Shown here in pieces: positions 37,428 through 47,785 of a DNA stretch of 64,000 nucleotides. Numbering within the stretch: position 1 is the stretch's first letter; every line of letters begins with the position of its first letter. The notes beneath the pieces are model-generated. The model was not told where the DNA came from and did not search any database. It was given only the letters and a program-made list of their open reading frames with translations. The position numbers and the translations under genes are program-made. Source of the DNA: Acidimicrobiia bacterium (lineage in GTDB: Bacteria > Actinomycetota > Acidimicrobiia > Spongiisociales > JAENVV01); assembly GCA_041577335.1 (NCBI GenBank), contig JBFGJH010000001.1, forward strand, positions 4,221-68,220. Direction: 5' to 3'.

Positions 37428-38114
37428 TTGTCGGCGCTCTTCATCAACTGCACGCTGAAGCCGAGCCCGGCTCGGTCACATACCCAAGGCCTCATGGACC
37501 TTTCGGCTGCCATCATGAAAGCCAACCGCATCAAAGTCGAGACCGTTCGTGCGGTCGACCTCGAGTTGGCTCCCGGCGTGTGGCCCGACATGACTGAGCA
37601 CGGCGCACACGCCGACGACTGGCCGGCTCTCTATGAGAAGGTGGCCGCTGCCAACATCCTGGTCTTGGGCACGCCGATTTGGCTCGGCGAGAAGTCATCT
37701 GTGTGCACATCGGTGATCGAGCGCCTCTATGCCAACAGCAGCCAGCTCAACGAGGCCGGGCAGTACGCCTACTACGGGAAGGTCGGAGGATGCCTGGTCA
37801 CGGGCAACGAGGATGGGGTGAAGCACTGCGCCATGAACATTCTCTACTCGCTCCAGCACCTCGGCTATGTCATCCCGCCGCAAGCAGATGCCGGCTGGAT
37901 TGGGGAGGCAGGGCCCGGGCCTTCCTACCTGGATGAAGGCTCAGGTGGGCCCGAAAACGATTTCACCAACCGCAATACGACGTTCATGACATGGAATCTC
38001 ATGCACGTTGCCCGCATGCTGGCAGACGCAGGCGGGATTCCGGCGCATGGCAACCAACGGGCGGGCTGGGACGCTGGTTGCCGATACGATTTCGACAATC
38101 CCGAGTATCGCTGA
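37428..38114 (+). CDS. Flavodoxin-fold NAD(P)H-dependent FMN reductase-like protein
   Basis: LFINCTLKPSP...S.T N-terminal motif and LVLGTPIWLG. TTG start chosen to leave a divergent intergenic space; an alternative ATG lies at 37329. Confidence 0.6.
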   Translation: MSALFINCTLKPSPARSHTQGLMDLSAAIMKANRIKVETVRAVDLELAPGVWPDMTEHGAHADDWPALYEKVAAANILVLGTPIWLGEKSSVCTSVIERLYANSSQLNEAGQYAYYGKVGGCLVTGNEDGVKHCAMNILYSLQHLGYVIPPQADAGWIGEAGPGPSYLDEGSGGPENDFTNRNTTFMTWNLMHVARMLADAGGIPAHGNQRAGWDAGCRYDFDNPEYR

Positions 38115-38142
38115 AAGACACCAGTCGACGTAGCATGGCAGG

Positions 38143-39399
38143 GTGTCATCTCCGATATCCGAATCCTTCGATGAGCGCCGTGCTCGCCGGCTGAGGTCGG
38201 CCAAACGGCGCGCCTCCGGGCTGCTCGTTCTGGCTGCGCTCGTCTTTGTGGCGACCTTCGCCACCTCGGGTGAGGGCGTCTGGGGCTACGTCCGGGCCGG
38301 TGCCGAGGCAGCGATGGTCGGTGGGGTAGCCGATTGGTTCGCGGTAACCGCGCTTTTTCGCCACCCTTTGGGCATCCCTATCCCGCACACTGCCCTCATC
38401 CCACGCGGCAAAGAAGCCATCGGCATCGGCCTCGGCGAGTTCATCAGGCACAACTTCCTCGACCACGACCATCTCATTGCCAGGCTGCAGCAAGCGGATC
38501 CCGCCACCCGTCTTGGTGTCTGGCTCACCGACCGCGACCATGCTGCCACCGTGGCCGCCCAGGTAGGCGTTGTGGTATCGGTGGCCGCCCAGTCGCTCGA
38601 CACTGCCGAGTACCAGGACCGAGTCCGATCGATGCTGGCCGAGCGACTGCGACAAGTCGATCCCGCACCCGCGATCGGCGCCACCGCCGAGTGGCTGATC
38701 ACCAATGGGCACCATCGCCCGGTGATCACGAGCGTGTTGAAGGCGCTCTCAACGATCATTAGCGAGCAACAGGACCTCTTGCGGGCGCAGCTCCACCGTG
38801 AGTCACCCTGGTGGGTGCCGGGTGAGCTCGACAATGTCGTCTTCGATCGTCTCTATACAGGAGTGCAGAGGTTCCTCACCGAGCTCGTCGCAGACGAGGC
38901 CCACCCGCTCCGCAAGCAACTCGAAGTCCAAATCGAAACGCTCGCCACAGACCTCCGCAACAACCAAGACGTCCGGAATCGGGTTGCCGAGGTGCGCGAC
39001 GAGATCATCGGCCATCCGGAAGTCACCGCATGGGTCGATCGGGTCATTGCCGATTTGGGATCACAACTACGGGCGGCGGCAGCGGAGCCAGACTCCGAGT
39101 TTCGTTCTCGCATCACCGACGCCATCGTCGACGGAGGGCATCGGCTCCAAAGCGACGAGCATCTACGCGAACAGGTGAACGACTGGGCTACCCGACTGAC
39201 GTCGCAGCTCGTCGAGGAGTCCGGCAGTCACGTCGCCGATCTGGTCGCGTCGACAGTCGCCAAATGGGACGCCGAGGAAACCAGCCGGAGACTCGAGCTC
39301 CAGGTGGGGCGAGAGCTCCAGTGGGTTCGCATCAACGGCACGTTGGTGGGTGGCTTGGTCGGCCTGGCCATTCACGCGTTCTCCGAGCTGGCCGGCTGA
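38143..39399 (+). CDS. DUF445 family membrane-associated protein
   Basis: WFAVTALFRHPLGIPIPHTALIPR signature, N-terminal hydrophobic segment, C-terminal ING.LVGGLVGL. Confidence 0.7.
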   Translation: MSSPISESFDERRARRLRSAKRRASGLLVLAALVFVATFATSGEGVWGYVRAGAEAAMVGGVADWFAVTALFRHPLGIPIPHTALIPRGKEAIGIGLGEFIRHNFLDHDHLIARLQQADPATRLGVWLTDRDHAATVAAQVGVVVSVAAQSLDTAEYQDRVRSMLAERLRQVDPAPAIGATAEWLITNGHHRPVITSVLKALSTIISEQQDLLRAQLHRESPWWVPGELDNVVFDRLYTGVQRFLTELVADEAHPLRKQLEVQIETLATDLRNNQDVRNRVAEVRDEIIGHPEVTAWVDRVIADLGSQLRAAAAEPDSEFRSRITDAIVDGGHRLQSDEHLREQVNDWATRLTSQLVEESGSHVADLVASTVAKWDAEETSRRLELQVGRELQWVRINGTLVGGLVGLAIHAFSELAG

Positions 39400-40406
39400 C
39401 TCACCAGCTTCCGCAGCCGGGAGGCGGCTGCCTCGGGAGTCAGGTCTCGCTGCGGCTCACCAAGCATCTCGTAACCAACCAAAAACTTGCGAACCGTCGC
39501 CGAGCGCAAGAGGGGTGGATAGAAATGACCGTGGAGCACCCACTCGGGATGCGCCACGCCGTCCGCCGGCGCACCGTGCCATCCCATCGAATAAGGGAAC
39601 GGCGTGTCGAACAGCCGGTCGTATGCGCCGAGCAGTCGATCGAGGAGGGCGGCGAGGTCATCGCGGGCAGATTCCTCGAGATCCGCCATCCTCGTACAGG
39701 GCTGGCTGGGGAGCACCATCACCTCGAATGGCCACACGGCCCAAAACGGAACCAGCGCCGTCCACGATCCGGCGGAGGCAACGATACGGTCCTCTGTGGC
39801 CAACTCGTGAGCGAGATAGGAACTCAGCAGCGGCTCCTTGTTGGTCTGCATCCACCCCAGTTGGCAGTTCCACTCGCGCTGCGGCACGCTCGGCACCGAG
39901 CTGCTGGCCCAGATCTGACCGTGAGGATGAGGATTCGAGGCACCCATCGCATCTCCCCGATTCTCGAACACCTGAACCCACCGATACGTCGCCTCGAGGT
40001 CGGTCGTCTGGTCAACCCATAGATCGACGACGGCGCGGAGGCCGTCGGTACCCATGGTGGCCGGCGTCAGGTCGTGCCGTGGCGAAAAACAGAGGACCCG
40101 GCTGGTTCCCGCCACCCGATCGATTCGATCGAACGGGCCTCCCTCATGGCCAGTCACCTCGGCATCGAGCAGAGCCGGAAAGTCATTGGTGAATACGAAG
40201 GTGCCTTGGTAGTGGGGATTGCGGTCGCCCGAGGCGCGCACGTTGCCGGGACACAGATAGCAGCCCGGGTCATAGGCCGGCAGCCCGGCGCCCGGGGCGG
40301 CCTCTACCTTCCCCTGCCATGGTCGCTGGGTCCGGTGCGCCGATACCAACACCCACTCCTCCATCAGCGGATTCCAACGACGATGGGGGTGATCACCAAG
40401 CGACAC
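39372..40406 (-). CDS. galT: Galactose-1-phosphate uridylyltransferase (class I, HxH)
   Basis: CYLCPGN zinc site and NPHPHGQIWA active-site HPH motif. Confidence 0.85.
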   Translation of the reverse strand: MSLGDHPHRRWNPLMEEWVLVSAHRTQRPWQGKVEAAPGAGLPAYDPGCYLCPGNVRASGDRNPHYQGTFVFTNDFPALLDAEVTGHEGGPFDRIDRVAGTSRVLCFSPRHDLTPATMGTDGLRAVVDLWVDQTTDLEATYRWVQVFENRGDAMGASNPHPHGQIWASSSVPSVPQREWNCQLGWMQTNKEPLLSSYLAHELATEDRIVASAGSWTALVPFWAVWPFEVMVLPSQPCTRMADLEESARDDLAALLDRLLGAYDRLFDTPFPYSMGWHGAPADGVAHPEWVLHGHFYPPLLRSATVRKFLVGYEMLGEPQRDLTPEAAASRLRKLVSQPASSENA

Positions 40407-40495
40407 GTCCGGACCTTACGGGCCACAGGCGGCCAACGTCAACGGCTCCTCCCGCGGTTTGACCAGCCAAGGCGGCGATCCATAGGCTCACGGCC

Positions 40496-41632
40496 ATGAG
40501 CGCAGCAGAAAGGGCGATCGCCGTAGCCACTCACCGATTCGCCCGCCCACCGGAGCTGCTGGCGTCGGCTCCTGGCAGGGTCAACCTGATCGGCGAGCAC
40601 ACCGACCACCAGGACGGCTTTGTGCTTCCCCTGGCGATCGAACATCGCACCTGGATCGCATACACCCCCAACGGCGGACGGCGGGCTCAGGTTGTTGCCG
40701 CGGACTTGAATAAGGAATCCGAGATCGATCTCGATCGGCTCGAGCAGCGCCCTCGCAATTGGAGCAACTACCTCGTGGGCGTGGCGTACGTCATGCAGAA
40801 GGCGGGCCTTCCTCTGGAAGGCTGGGACGGAGTGATTGCCAGTGACGTCCCGCGCGGGGCGGGCTTGTCGTCATCGGCAGCGTTGGAAATCGCCGCATCG
40901 CTGGCATTCTTGAACAGCCCGACCTGGGACGCGACGGCGTTGGCCAAGATCGGGCAGGAGGCAGAGAACGAATGGGTGGGGGTGAGCAGCGGGATCATGG
41001 ATCAGCTGGTATCGGCGGCAGCCGAAGCGGGCGCGGCGTTGTTCATCGACTGCCGCACGCTTGCGACACGGCCGGTTGTCCTACCCGGCGCGGCCACCGT
41101 GGTGGTGATGGATACCTCGACCCGCCGTGGTCTTTTGGGTTCGGGCTATGACGACCGGCGTCGAGCTTGTGAGCGGGTGGCGGCGACGTTCCACGCCAAA
41201 GTTCTCCGGGATGTCTCATGGGAGCAGCTCCATGCGGGGGCGGAAGCAATGACCGAGGAGGACTTCCGACGGGCCCGTCACGTGATCTCCGAGAACGACC
41301 GGGTGATCCAGGCGATCGAGCATGCCACGGACCCCGAGACCCTCGGCCGTCTCATCGATGAGAGCCATCGCAGCTTGCAGCACGACTTCGAGGTGTCGAC
41401 GCCCGAGCTCGACACCATGGCCGAGATCGCCCGGGCAGTACCAGGGTGCTTCGGTGCCAGAATGACCGGCGGGGGCTTTGGAGGGGCGGCCATTGCCCTG
41501 ATCGAGACACCTGCCATCGACCGCTTCGTCGACCAGGTCAGCAAGAAGTACCAGGCTCAAACGGGGCTCACGCCGACACTGTTTGCCACTTCACCATCAC
41601 AGGGTGCCACACGAGAGGAATATGCCACATGA
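40496..41632 (+). CDS. galK: Galactokinase
   Basis: GRVNLIGEHTDHQDGFVLP galactokinase signature; GHMP kinase motif PRGAGLSSSAA. Confidence 0.9.
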   Translation: MSAAERAIAVATHRFARPPELLASAPGRVNLIGEHTDHQDGFVLPLAIEHRTWIAYTPNGGRRAQVVAADLNKESEIDLDRLEQRPRNWSNYLVGVAYVMQKAGLPLEGWDGVIASDVPRGAGLSSSAALEIAASLAFLNSPTWDATALAKIGQEAENEWVGVSSGIMDQLVSAAAEAGAALFIDCRTLATRPVVLPGAATVVVMDTSTRRGLLGSGYDDRRRACERVAATFHAKVLRDVSWEQLHAGAEAMTEEDFRRARHVISENDRVIQAIEHATDPETLGRLIDESHRSLQHDFEVSTPELDTMAEIARAVPGCFGARMTGGGFGGAAIALIETPAIDRFVDQVSKKYQAQTGLTPTLFATSPSQGATREEYAT

Positions 41633-42585
41633 TCGTGCTCGTCACCGGCGGAGCCGGCTTCATCGGCTCCATCGTGGTCGATCAGTTGATCGCTCGCGGT
41701 GACGACGTCATCGTCCTCGACGACTTGTCGCGAGGGCACCGGCATGCCGTCAACAGCAGGGCCAACCTCGTGCAAACGTCGATCGGCGACCGAGCCGTCG
41801 TGGCCGAGGTGCTCGGCGAACATCAACCGGACGCCGTGATCCATTTCGCCGGCTACATCGCGGTCGGCGAGAGCACACAGAACCCGGGACTGTACTTCGA
41901 CGTCAACGTCGCACAGTCCATCGCCTTCTTGAACACGTTGCAACGATCAGGCATCGACAAGTTGGTGTTTTCCTCTTCGGCGGCGGTCTACGGCAATCCG
42001 GCGGTTACTCCGATTCCAGAGAGACACGCAACGTCACCCACCAGCCCGTACGGCTGGACCAAGCTGGTGTTCGAGCAGATGTTGGAGCAATTCTGGCAAG
42101 CGCACAGATTCAACTCCGTAGCGCTCCGCTACTTCAACGCCGCGGGTGCGACCGCGGAAAGGAAGGAAGAGCACGACCCCGAGACGCATCTCATCCCGTT
42201 GGTGCTCGATGCTGCTGCGCAGCGGCGGCCCCAGCTGTCAGTCTTCGGCTCCGACTACCCAACTCGCGACGGAACGGCAATTCGCGACTACATCCACGTC
42301 ACCGACCTGGCTGCCGCACATCTGGCGGCGGTCGACTATCTACACGCCGGGGGCGACACCACCACGCTCAACCTAGGCACGGGCCGGGGCTATTCGGTGC
42401 TGGAAGTGATCAACGAGGCGGAAGCGGTCATCGGGAAACCGGTCCCGTGGCAATTCGCCGAGCGACGCCCCGGTGACCCCGCAGAGCTGGTTGCCGAGGT
42501 GGAGCGAGCCGCCCGCGTGTTGGGTTGGGAGCCGGTCACCTCCGACCTCGCCACCATCATCCGCTCCGCCTGGAGTCACTACTAA
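41629..42585 (+). CDS. galE: UDP-glucose 4-epimerase
   Basis: MIVLVTGGAGFIGS, YGWTK (YxxxK). ATGA overlap with the galK stop. Confidence 0.9.
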   Translation: MIVLVTGGAGFIGSIVVDQLIARGDDVIVLDDLSRGHRHAVNSRANLVQTSIGDRAVVAEVLGEHQPDAVIHFAGYIAVGESTQNPGLYFDVNVAQSIAFLNTLQRSGIDKLVFSSSAAVYGNPAVTPIPERHATSPTSPYGWTKLVFEQMLEQFWQAHRFNSVALRYFNAAGATAERKEEHDPETHLIPLVLDAAAQRRPQLSVFGSDYPTRDGTAIRDYIHVTDLAAAHLAAVDYLHAGGDTTTLNLGTGRGYSVLEVINEAEAVIGKPVPWQFAERRPGDPAELVAEVERAARVLGWEPVTSDLATIIRSAWSHY

Positions 42586-42603
42586 CGCTCGCCGCGCGAC
42601 CGC

Positions 42604-42633
42604 GCAGTTCGCCGCCTGCAGTTCGCAGTTCGC
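42604..42633. repeat. Triple direct repeat of AGTTCGC (GCAGTTCGC x2 plus a third heptamer) in the convergent intergenic region
   Basis: Read directly from the sequence. A 7-bp stem hairpin CCTCACC-N9-GGTGAGG lies nearby at 42702-42724. Confidence 0.5.
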
Positions 42634-42760
42634 AGGCAAAGCACCGCTGGGCAGCGAGACGGCAACCGCTTCGGAGAACGCAAGGAAAGCCTCCGGCGTC
42701 CCCTCACCGAACCACGAGGTGAGGGCGGCCGTAGGGCCGCTCATCCCGAAGTCCGACGAG

Positions 42761-43540
42761 CTACGCAGTGCCGGTGATGCCCCCGTCGATCACGAGGGTT
42801 TGCCCCGTCATGTAGTTGGAGGCCGGTGAGGCCAGATAGATCGCCGTTCCAGCCATGTCGATCGCGTTGCCGGCACGCCCTTGGGGAATCTCGGCGAGAA
42901 GCTGCTCTTCGAGATTCTCGAAAATGAACTGCGTCATCTTCGAAGGAAACAGTCCGGGAGCGATCGCGTTCACGTTGATGTTGTCCTGCCCGAGCCGCCG
43001 AGCCAGGACCTTCGTCAGGTGGATCACGGCCGCCTTGGACGCCGCGTAGGAATAGCTCTCGAACGAGGTCACTCGAATGCCATCGATCGACGCTACGTTG
43101 ATCACCCGACTTGGCCGGTCGGGCGTGCCTGCACCAGCGAGCATCGCGTGCAGCGACTTGGTGAGGAAGAACAGGCCCTTCACGTTGAGGTCGAGCACCT
43201 TGTCCCAACCTTGTTCTGAGAACGACTCGATTGGCTCACCCCATGTGGCGCCGGCATTGTTTACGAGGATGTCGAGCGACTCCACCCGCTCGGACATAAT
43301 GGCGGCCAGGGCATCTACGCCCTCCAGAGTCGATAGATCGGCGTGAAGCGCCGTGGCGCCGGGAACATCTGCCGCGATCTCCGAGGCGGCATCGACGTTT
43401 CTGGCAGCAAGGTAGACGGTCGCGCCGGCGGCCGCGTAGCCGCGCACGATCATCTCGCCGATACCTCGGCTGCCACCGGTGACAAGGGCGGTACGGCCGG
43501 CGATGTCGAACAGCGCATCGAAATCTGCAGAAGGTGACAT
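42761..43540 (-). CDS. SDR family oxidoreductase (3-oxoacyl-ACP reductase-like)
   Basis: TGGSRGIG, NNAG, YSYAASK motifs. Confidence 0.85.
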   Translation of the reverse strand: MSPSADFDALFDIAGRTALVTGGSRGIGEMIVRGYAAAGATVYLAARNVDAASEIAADVPGATALHADLSTLEGVDALAAIMSERVESLDILVNNAGATWGEPIESFSEQGWDKVLDLNVKGLFFLTKSLHAMLAGAGTPDRPSRVINVASIDGIRVTSFESYSYAASKAAVIHLTKVLARRLGQDNINVNAIAPGLFPSKMTQFIFENLEEQLLAEIPQGRAGNAIDMAGTAIYLASPASNYMTGQTLVIDGGITGTA

Positions 43541-43609
43541 GCGCCGAATGTAGCGTGGCTGGCAGCCGGTGCGAGCCGTTAGCCTGAGAACAAGCCAACA
43601 AGGAGTCTC

Positions 43610-44827
43610 GTGGATTTCGAATACCCGGCTGCCACAGCACCGATTCGGGAAAAGGCTCAGGCGTTTCTGGCCGCAAACCTTCCCGACGATTGGGCGGGAG
43701 TAGGAGCACTACAGGGTGAGGAGTACGTCGGTTTTCATCGGTCGTGGCGGGCGAAGCTCGCGGCGGGAGGATGGCTCGGCCTGACCTGGCCAGTCGAATA
43801 CGGAGGTGCGGGACTCAGCGAAATCGAAGCCGTGGTCGTCGCCGAGGAGTTTGCCAAGGCGGGGGTGCCCTCGGGTGGCCTCAACGACGCCTTCTCCATC
43901 GGCATGCTCGGCAACACCATCCTCCACCTGGGAACCGATCAACAGAAGCAGCACTTTCTCCCTCGGATCTTGTCGGGCTCCGATGTCTGGTGTCAGGGCT
44001 ACTCCGAGCCCAACTCGGGCAGCGATCTCGCCAGCCTGAAAACCCGGGCGGTGGCCGACGGCGACGAGTGGATCATCAATGGCCAGAAGACCTGGACGTC
44101 GGCGGGTCAATACGCCAACTGGATCTTCGTGCTCTGCCGAACCGACAACGAAGCAGCCCCCCACCGGGGCATCACCTTCATATTGTGCCCGATGGACCAG
44201 CCCGGTGTGGAGATCCGGCCCATCACCATGATCTCAGGCGCATCCGAGTTCAACGAGGTGTTCTTCACTGACGCCCGGGCGCCTCGCGACCACGTCATCG
44301 GCGGTGTCAACGACGGATGGCGAGTCGCCATGTCATTGCTCGGGTACGAGCGGGGTGAGGCAGCTGCGGTGAACCCGATTCGCTTCCGGGCTGAGCTCGA
44401 TCGCCTGGTGACTTTGGCCCGCGACGCCGGCGGAGCCGACGATCCGATCATTCGCGACCGACTGGCATCCGCCTACACCAAGGTGGAAATCATGCGCTAC
44501 ATGGGATATGCAGCGCTGACCCGGTTCACGCAAGGGGTGCCACCCGGGCCTGATGCTGCCATCACCAAGATCTACTGGTCCGAGTATCACCGCCAGGCAA
44601 CCGAGCTGGCGATGGATATTCTCGGCATGGCCGGCCTGGTGCCCTCGGGTCGAGCGCCACAGTCGGCCTTCGCCACCGACGACCCCGGCGCTGCCAACTC
44701 AACCGCCAGCTGGCAGGGGGTGTTCCTCAACGCACGAGCGGGAACGATCTATGCCGGAACGAGCGAGATTCAACGCAACATCGTCGGCGAGATGATGTTG
44801 GGCCTCCCCAAGGAACCACGGGCCTGA
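43610..44827 (+). CDS. Acyl-CoA dehydrogenase family protein
   Basis: ACAD domains (DVWCQGYSEPNSGSDL, GQKTWTS, catalytic C-terminal region). Confidence 0.85.
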   Translation: MDFEYPAATAPIREKAQAFLAANLPDDWAGVGALQGEEYVGFHRSWRAKLAAGGWLGLTWPVEYGGAGLSEIEAVVVAEEFAKAGVPSGGLNDAFSIGMLGNTILHLGTDQQKQHFLPRILSGSDVWCQGYSEPNSGSDLASLKTRAVADGDEWIINGQKTWTSAGQYANWIFVLCRTDNEAAPHRGITFILCPMDQPGVEIRPITMISGASEFNEVFFTDARAPRDHVIGGVNDGWRVAMSLLGYERGEAAAVNPIRFRAELDRLVTLARDAGGADDPIIRDRLASAYTKVEIMRYMGYAALTRFTQGVPPGPDAAITKIYWSEYHRQATELAMDILGMAGLVPSGRAPQSAFATDDPGAANSTASWQGVFLNARAGTIYAGTSEIQRNIVGEMMLGLPKEPRA

Positions 44828-45753
44828 TGGAATACGGAGTGATGGTGGAGCCGCAGCTCGGGGCCACCTATGACGAGCTATTGGCATCTGCCCGGTGGGC
44901 CGAAGCCCGGGGAATGGTGAGCTTCGCCCGGTCCGACCACTTCTCATGGATGGGAGGCGGTGGCGCCGACGCAACCGACGCATTCGCATCGCTGGCCGGC
45001 CTGGCCCGAGAAACATCGTCGATCCGGCTCGCCGTTCTCGTGTCTCCGCTCACCTTCCGTCATCCGGCAGTGATTGCCAAGAATGCCGTCACCATCGACC
45101 AGATGTCGGGAGGACGCCTCGATCTCGGCGTTGGCACCGGATGGATGGCGGACGAACACGCTGCTTTTGGATTGGAATTCCCCGATTGGAGCGAACGGTT
45201 CGCCAGGTTGGAGGAGGCTTTGCCCTATCTCAAGGCGGCGTTCTCCCCCGGTCACCAAACCTTCGACGGCGACTTCTACAAGCTCGACGTCGACGCCCGG
45301 CCAAAACCAACTGGCCGGCTCCCCATCATCGTGGGCGGCAGCGGGCCCAAGCGCACTCCCAGCTTGGCGGGCCGGTTCGCCGACGAGTACAACCATTTCA
45401 TGGCCGGCACCGCCGTGCTCGCCCCGAAGATCGAAGTCGTGCGGGCGTCTGCCCTGCAGGCGGGACGTGATCCCGATTCGATCCTCATCAGCCTCATGGG
45501 CACGGTGGTCACAGGCCGGGACGAAGCCGAATACCGCGCCAACCTGAGCGCCATCGCTGCCTTTCGAGACATCCAACCCGACGAGGTGGAGCGCGAAGCG
45601 CGGTCGCAGGGTCTACCGATCGGTACCAGAACCGAGGTAGAGGCCGCTCTCGAGCCTCTGGCCGAGCTGGGCGTATCCCGCCTCTACCTCCAGCATTTCG
45701 AGCCGATCCTCCCTGAAGCGCTCGACCGGGCGTTCGGTGCGCTCCTCGACTGA
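44827..45753 (+). CDS. LLM-class (luciferase-like) flavin/F420-dependent oxidoreductase
   Basis: Luciferase-like TIM-barrel motifs (SDHF, RLDLGVGTGW, IVGGSG). Start shares a nucleotide with the upstream ACAD stop. The window also carries F420 biosynthesis genes. Confidence 0.7.
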   Translation: MEYGVMVEPQLGATYDELLASARWAEARGMVSFARSDHFSWMGGGGADATDAFASLAGLARETSSIRLAVLVSPLTFRHPAVIAKNAVTIDQMSGGRLDLGVGTGWMADEHAAFGLEFPDWSERFARLEEALPYLKAAFSPGHQTFDGDFYKLDVDARPKPTGRLPIIVGGSGPKRTPSLAGRFADEYNHFMAGTAVLAPKIEVVRASALQAGRDPDSILISLMGTVVTGRDEAEYRANLSAIAAFRDIQPDEVEREARSQGLPIGTRTEVEAALEPLAELGVSRLYLQHFEPILPEALDRAFGALLD

Positions 45754-45825
45754 CGGGACGCCGCGCCGGATGACTGGTCTCGTCGAGTATCGAGTACCAT
45801 CGCCACACCGCTTCCGAGGATTGCC

Positions 45826-46572
45826 ATGACTCCGTTGCTAGAGATCACTGACCTGCACGCGTCGGTCACCGACATCGAGATTCTCCACGGCGTGGATCTT
45901 CAGGTGAACGAAGGCGAGGTCCACGCCCTGATGGGACCGAACGGGTCTGGCAAATCGACCCTGTCCAAGGTCCTGATGGGTCATCCTGCCTATCAGATCA
46001 ACCGGGGAACCATCCGTTTCAAAGGCGAAGACGTCACCGAGATGGCGCCCAACGATCGTGCCACCCGGGGCATGTTCATGGCCTTCCAACACCCCGAAGC
46101 GATTCCCGGTGTCTCCGTCATCCAGTTCCTACGCCATGCCCTCGCCAATCAGACCGGAATCGACTACACGGTCCTGGAGTTGCGTCTCAAGGTGATGGAT
46201 GCCATGAAGGAGCTCGGCATGGACTCGACATTCGCCGATCGCTACCTCAACGAGGGATTCTCTGGTGGGGAGCGGAAACGGAACGAAGTGCTGCAGATGG
46301 CGGTACTCGAGCCCTCGCTGGCGATCATGGACGAGACCGACTCCGGGCTCGACATCGATGCGCTCCGCATCGTCGCCGAGGGCGTTCGCAAGCTCACCTC
46401 GCCCGAGCGAGGCTTTCTCATCATCACCCACTACCAGCGGCTCCTCGAATACGTGGAACCAGACATCGTCCACATCTTCATTGATGGGCGTATCCTCACC
46501 TCGGGAGGACCGGAGCTGGCTCGGACACTCGAGGAGGACGGCTACGACGCCTTTCGTTCCAATGCCGGCTGA
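45826..46572 (+). CDS. sufC: Fe-S cluster assembly ATPase SufC (copy 1)
   Basis: Walker A GPNGSGKST; ABC signature FSGGERKR; D-loop; 248 aa. Confidence 0.9.
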   Translation: MTPLLEITDLHASVTDIEILHGVDLQVNEGEVHALMGPNGSGKSTLSKVLMGHPAYQINRGTIRFKGEDVTEMAPNDRATRGMFMAFQHPEAIPGVSVIQFLRHALANQTGIDYTVLELRLKVMDAMKELGMDSTFADRYLNEGFSGGERKRNEVLQMAVLEPSLAIMDETDSGLDIDALRIVAEGVRKLTSPERGFLIITHYQRLLEYVEPDIVHIFIDGRILTSGGPELARTLEEDGYDAFRSNAG

Positions 46573-47773
46573 CCGCAGGTCGGACTTTCCCATTCTCTCG
46601 GGAAACGGCTCGCGACTCGCTTTCCTCGACTCGGCGGCTTCCTCCCAGAAGCCGCAAGTCGTGCTCGACGCCATGACCGAGGCATACGCAACGTACTACG
46701 CCAACGTCCATCGCGGCGCCTACTCATTCTCGCTGCAGTCCACCGAGGCCTACGAAGGAGCCCGGAGCACCGTCGCCGGCTTCATCGGCGCCGACCCTTC
46801 CGAGGTGGTGTTCACCCGCGGCACCACCACAGCCCTCAACATGCTGGCGTCCTCGTGGGGCGTAGCCCATCTATCACCCGGCGATCGCATTCTCCTGTCA
46901 CAGATGGAACATCACAGCAACCTCGTTCCCTGGCAGATGGTGGCGAAGAGAACGGGCGCCGAACTGCTGTTCGCGCCGCTCGATGGCCATTATGAGCTGG
47001 ACCTCGAAGCCACGCGACAGATGGTCGACGAGAGGGTCAAGATCATCTCCATCACCGGCATGTCCAACGTGTTGGGGACCATCACGCCCATCACCCAACT
47101 GGAGGCGATCGCCCACTCGGTTGGAGCGGTGCTGATCATCGACGGCGCCCAGCTCGTTGCTCACACCCCCATCGACGTCACGGCACTCGGGGCAGATTTC
47201 TTGGCGTTCTCCTCCCACAAGATGCTCGGGCCCACCGGGGTTGGCGTCTTGTGGGGCCGGGGCGCGCTGCTGGACGAGATGGAGCCATTCGAGGGAGGGG
47301 GCGAGATGATCGACGACGTCGGCCTTTACGAGTCGACCTGGGCCAAAGTGCCTCAGAAATTCGAAGCAGGCACGCCGCCCTTCGTCGAGGCCATCGGGCT
47401 GGCCGCGGCGGTCGACTACCTGGCAGAGATCGGCATGGGCGTGGTCCGAAGCGAAGACATGGCGCTCACCGAATATGCGCTGGCCGAACTCGACCAGATT
47501 CCCAACGTGACTGTCTACGGGCCGCGCAACCTCGAACACCGCGGCGGGGTCATCTCATTCACGATGGGCGATGTCCACCCCCACGATCTCGCCACCATCC
47601 TCGATCAGCACGGGGTTTCGGTCCGCGCCGGCCACCACTGTGCCCGGCCGTTGATGGACCACCTGGGTGTGCCGGCCACCGCCCGCGCCTCGTTCTCGGT
47701 GTATTCCGATGAATCCGACGTCGATCAGCTGACGACGGCCTTGCACCGAGCGGGCGAACTGTTCGGCCTGTAA
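46562..47773 (+). CDS. sufS: Cysteine desulfurase SufS (class II aminotransferase-V)
   Basis: PLP-Lys region SSHKMLGPTGVGVLWG and RAGHHCA active-site Cys loop. Overlaps the sufC stop. Confidence 0.9.
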   Translation: MPADRRSDFPILSGNGSRLAFLDSAASSQKPQVVLDAMTEAYATYYANVHRGAYSFSLQSTEAYEGARSTVAGFIGADPSEVVFTRGTTTALNMLASSWGVAHLSPGDRILLSQMEHHSNLVPWQMVAKRTGAELLFAPLDGHYELDLEATRQMVDERVKIISITGMSNVLGTITPITQLEAIAHSVGAVLIIDGAQLVAHTPIDVTALGADFLAFSSHKMLGPTGVGVLWGRGALLDEMEPFEGGGEMIDDVGLYESTWAKVPQKFEAGTPPFVEAIGLAAAVDYLAEIGMGVVRSEDMALTEYALAELDQIPNVTVYGPRNLEHRGGVISFTMGDVHPHDLATILDQHGVSVRAGHHCARPLMDHLGVPATARASFSVYSDESDVDQLTTALHRAGELFGL

Positions 47774-47785
47774 CCCAACTACTCT

